Assembly (NCBI RefSeq): GCF_036365525.1
Contig: NC_090400.1
Coordinates: 61,290,209 to 61,354,208 of the forward strand
Direction: 5' to 3'
Length of the DNA: 64,000 nt
Origin: Heterodontus francisci
Lineage: Eukaryota
Made by a program: the position numbers and the translations under genes. The notes below the pieces were generated by a model. That model ran no database searches. It was not told where the DNA came from and was given only the letters and a program-made list of their open reading frames with translations. Position 1 is the stretch's first letter. Each line of letters begins with the position of its first letter. Positions 34,471-47,205 of the stretch are shown here, piece after piece.

Positions 34471-36826
34471 AAGAACAAAGAAAATTACAGCACAGGAACA
34501 GGCCCTTCGGCCCTCCAAGCCTGCGCCGATCCAGATCCTCTATCTAAACAGGTTGCCTATTTTCTAAGGGTCTGTATCTCTTTGCTTCCTGCCCATTCAT
34601 GTATCTGTCTAGATACATCTTAAAAGACGCTATCGTGCCCGCGTCTACCACCTCCGCTGGCAACGCGTTCCAGGTACCCACCACCCTCTGCGTATAGAAC
34701 TTTCCACGCATATCCCCCCTAAACTTTTCCCCTATCACTTTGAACTCGTGACCCCTAGTAATTAAATCCCCCACTCTGGGGAAAAAGCTTCTTGCTATCC
34801 ACCCTGTCTATACCTCTCATGATTTTGTACACCTCAATCAGGTCCCCCCTCAACCTCCGTCTTTCTAATGAAAATAATCCTAATCTACTCAACCTCTCTT
34901 CATAGCTAGCGCCCTCCATACCAGGCAACATCCTGGTGAACCTCCTTTGCACCCTCTCCAAAGCATCTGCATCCTTTTGGTAATGTGGCGACCAGAACTG
35001 CACGCAGTATTCCAAATGTGGCCGAACCAAAGTCTTATACAACTGTAACATGACCTGCCAACCCTTGTACTCAATACCCCGTCCGATGAAGGAAAGCATG
35101 CCGTATGCCTTCTTGACCACTCTATTGACCTGCGTTGCCACCTTCAGGGAACAATGGACCTGAACACCCAAATCTCTCTGTACATCAATTTTCCCCAGGA
35201 CTTTTCCATTTACTGAATAGTTCTCTCTTGAATTGGATCTTCCAAAATGCATCACCTTGCATTTGCCCTGATTGAACTCCATCTGCCATTTCTCTGCCCA
35301 ACTCTCCAATCTATCTATATTCTTTTGTATTCTCTGACAGTCCCCTTCACTATCTGCTACTCCACCAATCTTAGTGTCGTCTGCAAACTTGCTAATCAGA
35401 CCACCTATACTTTCCTCCAAATCATTTATATATATCACAAACAACAGTGGTCCCAGCACAGCTCCCTGTGGAACACCACTGGTCACACGTCTCCATTTTG
35501 AGAAACTCCCTTCCACTGCTGCCCTCTATCTCCTGTTGCCCAGCCAGTTCTTTATCCATCTAGCTAGTACACCCTGGGCCCCATGCGACTTCACTTTCTC
35601 CATCAGCCTACCATGGGGAACCTTATCAAACGCCTTACTGAAGTCCATGTATATGACATCTACAGCCCTTCCCTCATCAATCAACTTTGTGACTTCCTCA
35701 AAAAATTCTATTAAGTTGGTAAGACATGACCTTCCCTGCACAAAACCATGTTGCCTATCACTGATAAGCCCATTTTCTTCCAAATGGGAATAGATCCTAT
35801 CCCTCAGTATCTTCTCCAGCAGCTTCCCTACCACTGACGTCAGGCTCACCGGTCTAAAATTACCTGGATTATCCCTGCTACCCTTCTTAAACAAGGGGAC
35901 AACATTAGCAATTTTCCAGTCCTCCGGGACCTCACCTGTGTTTAAGGATGCTGCAAAGATATCTGTTAAGGCCCCAGCTATTTCCTCTCTCGCTTCCCAC
36001 AGAAACCTGGGATAGATCCCATCCGAACCTGGGGACTTGTCCACCTTAATGCCTTTTAGAATACCCAACACTTCCTCCCTCCTTATGCCGACTTGACCGA
36101 GAGTAATCAAACATCTGTCCCTAACCTCAACATCCGTCATGTCCCTCTCCTCGGTGAATACCGATGCAAAGTACTCGTTTAGAATCTCACCCATTTTCTC
36201 TTACTCCACGCATAACTTTCCTCCTTTGTCCTTGAGTGGGCCAATCCTTTCTCTAGTTACCCTCTTGCTCCTTATATATGAATAAAAGGCTTTGGGATTT
36301 TCTTTAACCCTGTTTGCTAAAGATATTTCATGACCCCTTTTAGCCCTCTTAATTCCTCGTTTCAGATTGGTCCTACATTCCCGATATTCTTTCAAAGCTT
36401 CATCTTCAGCCTCCTCGACCTTATGTATGCTTCCTTTTTCCTCTTAGCTGGTCTCTCAATTTCACCTGTCATCCATGGTTCCCTAATCTTGCCATTTCTA
36501 TCCCTCATTTTCACAGGAACATGTCTCTCCTGCTCGCTAATCAACCTCTCTTGAAAAGCCTCCCACATATCACATGTGGATTTACCTTCAAACAGCTGCT
36601 CCCAATCTACATTCCCCAGCTCCTGCCGAATTTTGGTATAGTTGGCCTTCCCCCAATTTAGCACTCTTCCTTTAGGACCACTCTCGTCTTTGTCCATGAG
36701 TATTCTAAAACTTACGGAATTGTGATCACTATTCCCAAAGTAGTCCCCTACTGAAACTTCAACCATCTGGCCGGGCTCGTTCCCCAACACCAGGTCCAGT
36801 ATGGCCCCTTCCCGAGTTGGACTATT
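34471..36826 (-). mobile_element. Young 5'-truncated CR1 (EN C-terminus through RT to tail), 6-bp TSD
   Basis: PTREGAILDLVLGNE...NSDHN, a full RT motif set including KFADDTK, few lesions. CACTCA at 34465-34470 and 36827-36832. Confidence 0.95.
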
Positions 36827-37099
36827 CACTCAGGTGGTCTTATTTTGAAGCTTGTGTTGGATCACCTGAGTAGACTTCAGTCACTGACACCTTTGACGGG
36901 ACTAGTTCACAAATTGAAACCCAAACCGCTGGATCTAAGGCTTGAGCAGGTCCAACCCTCAGCTTTATAAAAGTTTCAAATGAACTTTGCAATTTTTAAT
37001 GTTTACAGTTCAATTTAATACAGTTACAGCTTTTAAATGAGTAGAATTATGTTAACCTACTTAGACTTTTAGTTTTTGTATGGAGGTTTAATGCAGAGG

Positions 37100-37232
37100 A
37101 GTGTTGTTACCTCTAGACTTGACTATTCCAACACACTCCTGGCTGGTCTATCAAATGCTATTCTCCGTAAGCTTGAGGTCATCCAAAACTCTGTTGCCCC
37201 ATGTCCAAACTTGCACCAATCCCTGTTCCCCT
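37100..37232 (+). mobile_element. L2 fragment (left half; continues at 41530)
   Basis: gttacctctagacttgactattccaac...gtcatccaaaactctg = L2 SRLDY.N...IQNS region. Confidence 0.8.
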
Positions 37233-37237
37233 ATCAC

Positions 37238-38141
37238 AGAATCACAGAATAATACAGTGCAGAAGAGGCCCTTCGGCCCATCGAGTCTGCACCGATGCAT
37301 TATAACACCTGACCTGTCTACCTAATCCCACTTGCCAGCACTTGGCTCATAGCCTTGGATGTTATGACGTGCCAAGTGCTCATCCAGGTACTTTTTAAAG
37401 GATGTGAGGCAACCCGCCTCTGCCACCCTCCCAGGCAGGGCATTCCAGACCGACACCACCTCTGGGTAAAAATGTTCTTCCTCAAATCCCCCTTAAACCT
37501 CCCGCCCCTCACCTTAAACTTGTGACCCCTTGTAACTGACCCTTCAACTAAGGGGAACAGCTGTTCCCTATCCACCCTGTCCATGCCCCTCATAATCTTG
37601 TACACCTCGATCAGGTCACCCCTCAGTCTTCTCTGCTCCAGTGAAAACAACCCAAGCCTATCCAACCTCTCTTCATAGCTTAAATGTTCCATCCCAGGCA
37701 ACATCCTGGTGAATCGCCTCTGCACTCCCTCCAATGCAATCACATCCTTCTTTTAATGTGGCGACCAGAATTGCAGACAGTACTCCAGCTGTGGCCTTAC
37801 CAAAGTTCTATACAACTCCAACATGACCTCCCTGCTTTTGTAATCTATGCCTCGATTGATAAAGGCAAGTGTCCCATATGCCTTTTTCACCACCCTATTA
37901 ACCTGCCCTTCTGCCTTCAGAGATCTATGGACAAACACATCAAGGTCCCTTTGCCGCTCGGAACTTCCCAGTGTCAGGCCATTCATTGAATACTTCCGTG
38001 TCACATTACTCTGTCCAAAGTCATACTTTTCAGCATTAAATTCCATCTGCTACTTTTCTGCCCATTTGACCATCCTGTCTATATCTTCCTGGAACCTAAG
38101 ACACTCCACCTCACTGTTAACTGTTAACCACTCGGCCAATC
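37238..38141 (-). mobile_element. CR1 3' segment (post-FADD RT to tail)
   Basis: MEFNAEK, KKAYGTLAFINRG, LYRTLVRPQLEYCLQFWSP, RRLRGDLIEVYKI; tail (attctgtg)n. Confidence 0.93.
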
Positions 38142-38403
38142 CAGTTTGCACTGGAGTGCTGACTTGGGTTGCATTAGAGTGTTAAAGTGGAAGTTTGGTG
38201 ACTGAGGATAATTAAGTGTTAAATTTATCTTGCGTCTAGTCTGTCTTTTATTTAGTAGATTAACTTAACAGTTGCGGTTTGGGTTGGAGAAGGTGAGTTT
38301 TTTGACCAGCTTTAAACAGAGTTCACTCAGGCTCTGCTTGCAGCTGCATCTTGTTAATTAGAGAATTGGCTTAAGCCAGTTTTCAGGGGCTAGAGTCAGT
38401 CAG

Positions 38404-38410
38404 TATAAAA
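38404..38410 (+). promoter_or_regulatory. TATA box candidate inside the CR1 5' UTR
   Basis: TATAAAA about 30 nt upstream of the second 65-bp 5' UTR repeat (38437). Confidence 0.35.
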
Positions 38411-38722
38411 GTGGGCCATCTTATCGTGCTGACTTTGTTTGCATTGGAGTGCTGACTTGGGTTGCATTAGAGTGTTAAAGTGGAAGTTTGGTGACTGAGG
38501 AAGTTCGGTGAGGAGGGAGCGAGGAGCTCCTTTCATTTCCTACCTGGCTTCAGAGTGAGGGGAGCCGAGAGTTTCCAAAGAGCACAGCTGACTGGTGAGT
38601 AAGTCCTGGTGGGTATTTTTCAAAGTGGATTGAATTGTAAGTCATTGTTTTAGCAAGACTTAGTTGTTTTTTTGGGGTTTTTAAAATTATAATCTTAAGT
38701 TTTAACTTTAAAGGGTTTAGTC

Positions 38723-39659
38723 ATGGCAGGAGAGCTTGAAGGCATGGTTTGCTCCTCTTGCTGCATGTGGGAATCCGGGAACATTTCCAGTCCCCGGGGC
38801 CAGCATGTGTGCAGGGAGTGTGTCCAGCTGCAGCTGCTGGAAGCTTGGGTTTCAGAGCTGGAACTGCGGCTGGAAACACTGTGGAGCATCCGCGAGTCTG
38901 AGAGCATTGTGGATGGCACGTATAGAGAGGTGGTCACACCGCAGCTGAAGGGACTTGAGGAAGGAAGGGAATGGGTGACCACCAGGCAGTCCAAGAGAAT
39001 CAGGAAGGTAGTTCAGGAGTCCCCTGGGGTCCCGCTTGCAAATCGGTATTCCATTTTGGAGGCTGATGAGGCTGGTTGCTCCAGGGAGTGCGGACAGAGC
39101 CAAGCTTCTGGCACCACAAGCAGCCTGTCTGCACAGGAAGGGGGAAAGAGAGGAAGAGCAATAGTAATAGGGGATTCTATAGTCAGGGGAACAGATAGGC
39201 GCTACTGTGGCCATCAACATGACTCCAGGATGGTGTGTTGCCTCCCTGGTGCCAGGGTCCAGGATGTCACTGAACAGCTGCAGGGCATCCTGAAGGGGGA
39301 GGGTGATGAGGCAGAGGTCATGGTACATGTTGGTACCAATGACATAGGTAGAAAGAGGGATGAGGTTCAAGAATTCAGGGAGTTAGGCAGTAGACTAAAA
39401 AGCAGGACCTCTCGGGTTGTAATCTCTGGATTACTCCCAGTGCCACGTGCTAGCGAGTATAGAAATAGGAGAATAGCACAGATGAATGTGTGACTTAAGA
39501 GTTGGTGCAGGAGGGAGGGTTTTAGATTCCTGGACCACTGGGACGGTTTCTGGGGAAGGTGGGACCTGTACAAGCGGGACGGTCTACATCTGAACCAGTG
39601 GGGGACTAACATCCTTGCTGGTGGGTTTGCTAGTGCTGTTGGGAGGAGTTTAAACTTAT
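38723..39659 (+). pseudogene. CR1 ORF1 (zinc finger/leucine zipper plus SGNH esterase) with an in-frame TGA at 39491-39493
   Basis: CSSCCMWE...CRECVQLQLL...LELRLETL; IVIGDSIVRG; HVGTND; RDGLHLN after the stop, in the same frame. Confidence 0.9.
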
Positions 39660-41529
39660 TTGGCAGGGGGAAGGGGATGCAGACTCCTAGCAGAATAGGG
39701 ACACAGCTAAGCACAGGAAAGCAAACAAGTCAGAGGGAATACAGCGGAAGTAAGCTTCAAGAGAGTAAGACCAGGATGGATGGCCTCTACTTTAATGCCA
39801 GGCGTATTTCAGGTAAAATGGATGAGTTAAGGGCAATGATTGACACGTGGAATTGTGATATAGTAGCCATCACGGAGACATGGTTGAGGGAGGGGCAGGA
39901 TTGGCAGCTCAATATCCCGGGTTATAGAGTCTTCAGGCGAGACAGAGGAGGGGGTAAAAGAGGAGGGGGCATTGCAATATTAGTTAAGGAGTCAGTTACT
40001 GTAGTAAGGAGAGATGATTTCTTGGAGGGGGAATCAAATGAAGCTTTATGGGTAGAGTTTAGGAATAAACTAGGTGTTAGGTGTTGCTATGTGTTTATTA
40101 TAGACCCCCAGATAGTTAGCGGTAAATTGAGGAGCAAATATGTGCGCAATTTGCAGAGGTGTGTAAAAATAATAGGGTAATTATATTAGGTGATTTCTAC
40201 TTTCCCAACATTAATTGGGATAGGCATCGTGTGAAGGGCTTAGATGGAGTGGAGTTCTTAAAATGTCTACAGGAGAACTTTTTAGCTCAATATGCAGAGG
40301 ATCCAACAAGGGAGGGTGCAGTGCTGGACGTAATTCTGGGGAATGAAGCCGGACAGGTGGTTGATGTGTTGGTGGGGGGGCATTTTGGTGATAGCGACCA
40401 CAACATGGTACAATTTAGCTTGTTATGGAGCAAGAAATAGACAAGTTGCAAAAAAAGGTTTTGGATTGTGGGAGAGCGAATTTTAGTAAAATAAGGCAGG
40501 ATCTGGCCAAGGTAGACTGGAAAGAGTTACTTGTCGGGAAATCTACAGAAGAGCAGTGGGGGGGTATTCAAAAAGGAAATGGGGAGGGTTTGGGCGCAAC
40601 ATATTCCCTCTTGGGTAATAGGTAGGAGCAACAAGCCCAGAGAACCATGGATGACCAGAAACATTCAGGGTACAATGAGAAGGAAAAGAGAGGCTTTTAG
40701 CAAATACAACGAGAGCAAATCAATGGAAGCATTAATGGAGTACAGAAAGTGTAGGATGGAGCTTAAGAAAGGAATTAGGACAGCAAAGAGGGGATATGAG
40801 AAAGCTTTAGCTGGTGAAAGTAGGGAAAATCCGAAGATATTCTCTAAGTATATCAATGGGAAGAGGATAACCAGGGAAAGAGTAGGACCCATTAGGGACC
40901 AAGGGGGAAATTTGTGGGTGGAGCCAGAGGACATTGGTAGGGTGTTGAACGAATACTTCACCCAAGAGAATAAGGATGTAGCTATGGAACTTGGAGAGAG
41001 AGACTGTGAGGTTCTTGAGCAAATTGTCATAGGGAGTGACAAGGTATTGGAGGTTTTGGAAGGCTTAAAAGTGGAAAAATCTCCAGGTCCGGACGATTTG
41101 TGTCCTAGGATGCTGTGGGAGGTGAGGGTGGAGAGTGCAGGGGCTCTGACCCTAATTTTTAATTCCTCTCTGGCCACGGGGGAGGTGCCAGAGGACTGGA
41201 GAACAGCTAATATGGTCCTACTATTTAAGAAAGGTTGTAGAGATAAGCCAGGGAACTATAGACCAGTGAGTCTCACGTCAGTGGTAGGGAAATTATTGGA
41301 GAAAATTCTGAGGGAGAGAATCTGTCACCACTTGGAGAGGCAAAATTTGATTAGGAATAGTCAGCATGGCTTTGTCAGAGGGAGGTCATGCCTAACAAAT
41401 TTGATTGAATTTTTTGAGCATGTGACCAGGTGTGTAGATGAGGGTAGTGCAGTTGATGTAGTTTACATGGATTTCAGCAATGCCTTTGACAAGGTCCCAC
41501 ATGGGAGACTTATCAAGAAAGCAAATCAC

Positions 41530-41937
41530 CCCTGGTGCTCTCTGACTTATTGTTTCCTGGTCAAGCGACATCTTGATTTTAAAATTCTCATCTTTGTTTT
41601 CAAATCCTTCCAAGGCCTCACCACTGCCTATCTCTGTAATCTCCTCCAATCTAATTCTGGCCTCTTGAGCATCCCTGATTTTAATCGCTTCACCATTGGT
41701 GGCCACACCTTCAGTTACCTGGACACCCACCTCTGGAATACCCTCCCTATGCCTCTCCACCTCACTTTCCTGCTTTAATACACTCCTTAAAACCTGTCTC
41801 TTTAACCAAGCTTTTGGTCATCTGACCTAATATCTCTTTCCGTGGCTCGGTGTCATATTTTGTTTTATGATGTTTCTTTAAAGAGCTTTGGGACTTCTTG
41901 TCACATTAAAGGCACTATATGAATGTAAGTTGTTGTT
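41530..41937 (+). mobile_element. L2 3' end (right half)
   Basis: LDFKILIFVFKSFQGL..AYLCNLL...GGHTFSY...LWNTLP; tail aaaggcactatatgaatgtaagttgttgttg. Confidence 0.85.
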
Positions 41938-41939
41938 GG

Positions 41940-43875
41940 AATGAGGAGAGGAAATATAGACTAAATGGTACATTTCAAAGAGGGTGCAGGAACAGAAACA
42001 TCTGTGGGTGTAATTACACAAATCTTTGGAGGTGGCTGGATAAGGTGAGAAGGCTGTTTTTAAAAAAAATAAGCAAAAAGCGTATGGGATCTTTGGCTTT
42101 ATTAATAGAGGGATAGAATACAAAAGCAAGGACGTTATACTAAATCTTTATAAATCATTGGTTCGGCCCCAGCTGGAGTATTGTGTTCAATTCTGGACAC
42201 TGTACTTCAGAAAGGATGTTGTAGCAGTTAGCAGAGCTGCAGAGGAGATTTACTAGAATGGTACCAAGGATGCGGCATTTCAGTTACATGGACAAAATGG
42301 AGAAGCTGGGATTATTCGCCTTAGAGCAGAGGAGGTTAAGGAGAGATTCAAAATCAAGAAGGATTTTGATAGAGTAAATCATAGAGTGGTTACAGCACAG
42401 AAGGAAGCCATTCGGCCCATCGAGTCTACGCTGGCTCTCTTCAAGAGCAAGTTCCACTCCCCTGCCCGTTCCCCGTAACCCTGCAAAATTTTTAGTTTCA
42501 GGTGCTTATCTAATTCCTTTTGAAGACCACAATTGAATCTGCCTCCACCACACTCTCGGGCAGTGTATGTGTATTCTAGCTCCTAACCACTTGCTGCATT
42601 AAAAAAAATGTTTTCTCGTTACTTTTGGTTCTTTTGCCAATCACTTTCAATCGGTGTCCTCTGGTTCTCGGCCCCTCTGCCAAAGGCAACAGTTTCTCTC
42701 TACCTACTCTGTCTAGACCTCTCATGATTTTGAACACCTCTATCAAATCTCCTCTCAACCTTCTGTTCTCTAAGGAGAGCAACCCCAGCTTCTCCATTCT
42801 ATCTATGTAACTGAATCCCCTCTTTCTCGCAAATCGTTCCTGCACTCTCCCTGAAGCATTCACATCCTTCCTAAGTTGTGGTGCCCACAATTGGACACAA
42901 TACCTCAGTTACGGCCGAACCAGTGTTTGATAAAGGTTCATCATAACTTCCCTGCTTTTGTACTCTATGTTTAAGTTTATAAAGCCCAGAATTCCGTATG
43001 CTTTTTTAACCACTCTCCCAACCTGCCCTGCCACCTTCAACGATTTGTGCACATATGCCCCCAGTCCCTTTGTTCCTGCACCCCTTTATAATTGTACCCT
43101 TGATTTTATTTTGCGCCTCTGCGTTCTTCCTACCAAAATATATCACTTCGCATTTCACTGTCTTAAATTTCATCCGCCATGTGTCCGCACATCCAACCAG
43201 CCTGTCTATGTCTTCTTGAAGTCTATCACTATCCTCCTCAGTTCCAAGTTTTGCTTCTAAATTTTGTGACATCTGCAAATTTTGAAATTGTGCCCTTTAG
43301 ACCCATGTCTGTGTCATCAATATAGATCAAGAAAAATATTGGTCCTAGTACTGACCCCTGGGGAGCACCACTCTACACCTTCCTCTCGTCTGTAAAACAA
43401 CCATTTACTACTACTCTCTCTTTCCTATCAATGAGACAACTTTGTATCTCTGCTGCCACTTTCCCTCTTATACCATGGGCTTCAACTTTGCTGACCAGCC
43501 TATTATGTGGCACTTTATCTAACACCATTTGGAAGTCCATATTACGCTCATCAACCCTCTCTTTTACATCATCAGAAAACTCAATCAAGTTAGTACGGTG
43601 AAGCTGTTTCCAGTGGCAGGAGGTCAGTAACCAGGGGACACAGATTTATGGTGATTGACAAACCTGCAAATTGTTACACTCTGAAATGCATTGCTTGAAC
43701 TTGAGCGTTGGAAGCTAATTCAGTCGTAGCTTTTAAAAGGGAATTGAATAAATACTTGAAGCAGAAGCATTTGCAGGGGATTGGAACTAATTGGGTAGCT
43801 CCTTCAAAGAATCGGCACAGGAATGATGGGCTGAATGGCCTCATTCTGTGCTGTATCATTCTATGAATCTATGAA
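41940..43875. mobile_element. Plus-strand CR1 3' part (41940-42375, 43580-43875) with a minus-strand CR1 (about 42376-43575) nested in it
   Basis: CR1 C-terminal motifs on both strands; separate 3' tails near 42380 and 43870. Confidence 0.85.
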
Positions 43876-46508
43876 TAACTGCTGTCTGTTTTAAAATGTA
43901 ACTGTTGGATCTCATTGGCCCCTGCTAACCACATGACTGAGTATAGCCCATGGCTATCATCACATAGTTAACAGAAAGGAATGTTGCATTCAGACATACA
44001 AAAAAAGTTTAGTCCATAGATTTATGTAATGTAGACATTGTGGATGCAAAATAGCAAACATCAGAGGTAAAAAAGCACCATTTATTATATGAAACTGTGT
44101 CTCCCCAGAGGCTGCAATTTGGAAACAGGAGTGAAATGGATTTGGGGCAGTTGAATGTTTAGAGGCCAGTCTCTGGTGTTGCAGCTGATACTATAAGTTG
44201 TAAAATACCTCCTAATAAATTTTCTATGATCTCTATTGTGGCTATCTGGTCACAGTAGGGCTTCGAGAACTCTTAGCTCAGCTCCATTGGAAGTAGAATC
44301 ATGGATCTCAACTGCTTTCAGTGTTTAGTGTACCCACATAATTAGGAGTAAACATTCACCCACATGTCCAATTCTCTGTCTCTACTGGAACTATAATAGT
44401 GACAGTAGACCACTGACCAGGAAGGGCTTCATGAGCCACGTGTGACTCTGATTTCATAGCTTGAGGCTTTTGTTGAATAAACAGCATCCTGATGTGTTCT
44501 ATACCATTGACATTTTATAATTTCCTTTTTAAAGAAAAGCTAAATTGAGTGACGTTTTGCTTCTTCTTTCTCTCCATTTAAAAAGTTGCAAAATTTCTCA
44601 TTCCTGTATTTATAGCTCTTTGTGCTTTCTCACATAGGCGTCTTGAGTTCTAATGAATGACGTCTTTTAAAGTTTAAACAAGAACCTGTTTTACTTAAAT
44701 GACATTACCGAAAATTGAAGACATCTCAGAAAGGCCACACCTACTGACGTCAAACTCATTTAGGTAATAAAACCCAATGTCACCAGGGGCTGTCCTTGCA
44801 TGGGAACTATCTGTCCCTCAGAACAATAACACAGAAGGATGTTGTCATGGAAACTCAGGGCATCTGACTAAACGAACAGAGAGATAAGTAGTAAAGGCAG
44901 TTGCACAATGAAATGGAGAAAAAAGTGAATAATGCAACGCTGTTAGCTGCTGCTGTTTAGTTCCCTGTCGAGGCCTTTCACTTCTTTTTTTTAATGTATC
45001 CATTTTTTAAAATGTATCACTTTTATTTCTTTGTGATGCTGGGAGCAGCACAGTATAGGAAGCTGCAACTACTGAGAATAGTAATAGCAAACCTACCCTT
45101 GACTCTAAACAGGAACTAAAACTGAAGAAAAGAAGAACCCTTGAGCCAAACCAGCTAACCCCTTGAACTAAACAGGTAATAGCATCAAGAGGGGCTTTAA
45201 TTTCCTCTGATACATCACTGGTTAATAGGTTTGCATTTACTTTCTTTACATTCAGTATCAGCACAGTTTATTTTTAAATGGAGGAATTTTATGCATGCAG
45301 CTTAACTGGTGCAGTACCATAGAAAATGAAACCCTCAGGAGTTTTGGCTCAGTCTTTCACCTCAGCAGATAGCCTGAATCGAAATTTGAGTTAACCTCAT
45401 GCACTTGACTTGGCAGGTAATAACCCAGCCAATGTATCATTAGGAGTTTTTCTGTTTGAGTAGGTGGGATGACTTTGGTTGCAAACCAACTATAAGGAGC
45501 TTGGTAAAATGTGTACATTCCTCTTCCACGCTATTGTGCAGAATGGTGCTTACCAGCTGACGCTGTCATCTAATTCCCTTGATAATGCTCAGTTTCAGGA
45601 CCATCATTGTGTTCCATATCTCGTTCCAGTTGCACATTTCCTGTGGATGCTCAGACCATGTTCCATATGTGGTCTCTGATCTATTTCTCCAACTTTGCAG
45701 CTTAACCTTGTTTTAAGGCTTCATTAATGTGAGCAGGATCACTGAGGTCACAGACAGTTTGGAATAAGGCAAGCAGAACTTTCAGTTCCATCAGCAAGCA
45801 GATCACCTGAGCAAACTCTTGAGTGTTCACATTGATCCATACTCTGTCAAGAACAGATGGGACTCTGATATTTTTTAGTCCAAGGTTTATGAGATTTGTC
45901 AGCTGAGGATTCATGTCAAATATTGGTTTTAGTGAGAAACAAAACTTAAGCCAGTCAGGGTGCTTTTTCTCGATCCTGCACAGTTCTCCCAATTCCATTG
46001 TGATTGTGACTTGGAATTTTGGAAAGAAAAAAATCTACCAGTAATTTTAAGATGCCATGAATAACTGAAGAGATTTGAAACAAATTAAAATTAATGAAGA
46101 GGGCTTACGAGGAGCAGAAGAATCAAGCCTTTTCCGCCATTCAGTGAGATTATGGCTGATCTGTGACCTAACTCCATATATCTGCTTTTGCCCCATATCC
46201 CTTAATACCTTTGGATAACAAAAATCCCTATCCCTATGAGCCCTTATTTGCACAGCAAAGCTAGAATACTTAATGAGTACTTTGTATCACTATTTACTAA
46301 GGAAGAGGATGCTGACAAAATATCAGTGGAAGTGGAGATGATATAGGTGATGGATGGGGTGAAAAATAATAGGAAGGATGTCCTGGAAAGGCTGTCTTTT
46401 TTTTTTAAAGAGAGGATAAGTCGCCTGTCCTTGCATCCCAGGTTGCTGAAGGAAGCGGGAGTGGAGATAGGGAAAGGGCTTGCCATAATCTTCCAATCTT
46501 CTCTGGAA

Positions 46509-46845
46509 GTGGTTAGCACCGCAGCCTCACAACTCCAGCGACCCGGGTTCAATTCTGGGTACTGCCTGTGTGGAGTTTGCAAGTTCTCCCTGTGTCTGCA
46601 TGGGTTTTCTCCAGGTGCTCCGCTTTCCTCCCACAGCCAAAAGACTTGCAGGTTGGTAGGTAAATTGGCCATTATAAATTGCCCCTAGTATAGGTAGGTG
46701 GTAGGGAAATATAGGGACAGGTGGGGATGTGCTAGGAATATGGGATTAGTGTAGGATTAGTATAAATGGGTGGTTGATGGTCGGCACAGACTCGGTGGGC
46801 CGAAGGGCCTGTTTCAGTGCTGTATCTCTAAATAAATAAAAAATA
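46509..46845 (+). mobile_element. V-SINE (HE1-like), slightly 5'-truncated
   Basis: Colinear with 24957-25310; A-rich tail. Confidence 0.9.
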
Positions 46846-46883
46846 AATTTTAAAAAATAAATACTGGAGAGGTACCAGAAGTA

Positions 46884-47205
46884 CGGCGCAGTAGTTAGCA
46901 CCGCAGCCTCACAGCTCCAGCGACCCGGGTTCGGTTCTGGGTACTGCCTGTGCGGAGTTTGCAAGTTCTCTCTGTGACCGCGTGGGTTTCCGCCGGGTGC
47001 TCCCGTTTCCTCCCATCGCCAAAGACTTGCAGGTTGATAGATAGATTGGCCATTGTAAATTGCCTCTAGTGTCGGTAGGTGGTAGGAGAATGGTGGGGAT
47101 GTGGTAGGGAATATGGGATTAATGTAGGATTAGTATAAATGGGTGGTTGTTGGTCGGCACAGACTCGGTGGGCTGAAGGGTCTGTTTCAGTGCTGTATCT
47201 TTCTA
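46884..47205 (+). mobile_element. V-SINE (variant subfamily)
   Basis: ggcgcagtagttagcaccgcagcc...; diagnostic differences (gtgaccgcgtggg, ggagaatggtgggg). Confidence 0.9.

Larger units (their letters stand above)
38144..41524 (+). mobile_element. CR1 5' segment: 5' UTR, ORF1, ORF2 endonuclease and RT up to DKVPHGRLIKK
   Basis: ORF2 motifs GLYFNARRI, IVAITETWL, ILGDFYFPNINW, GDSDHN, KSPGPD, YRPVSLTS, QHGF, YMDFSNAFDKVPH; several frameshifts. Confidence 0.93.
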
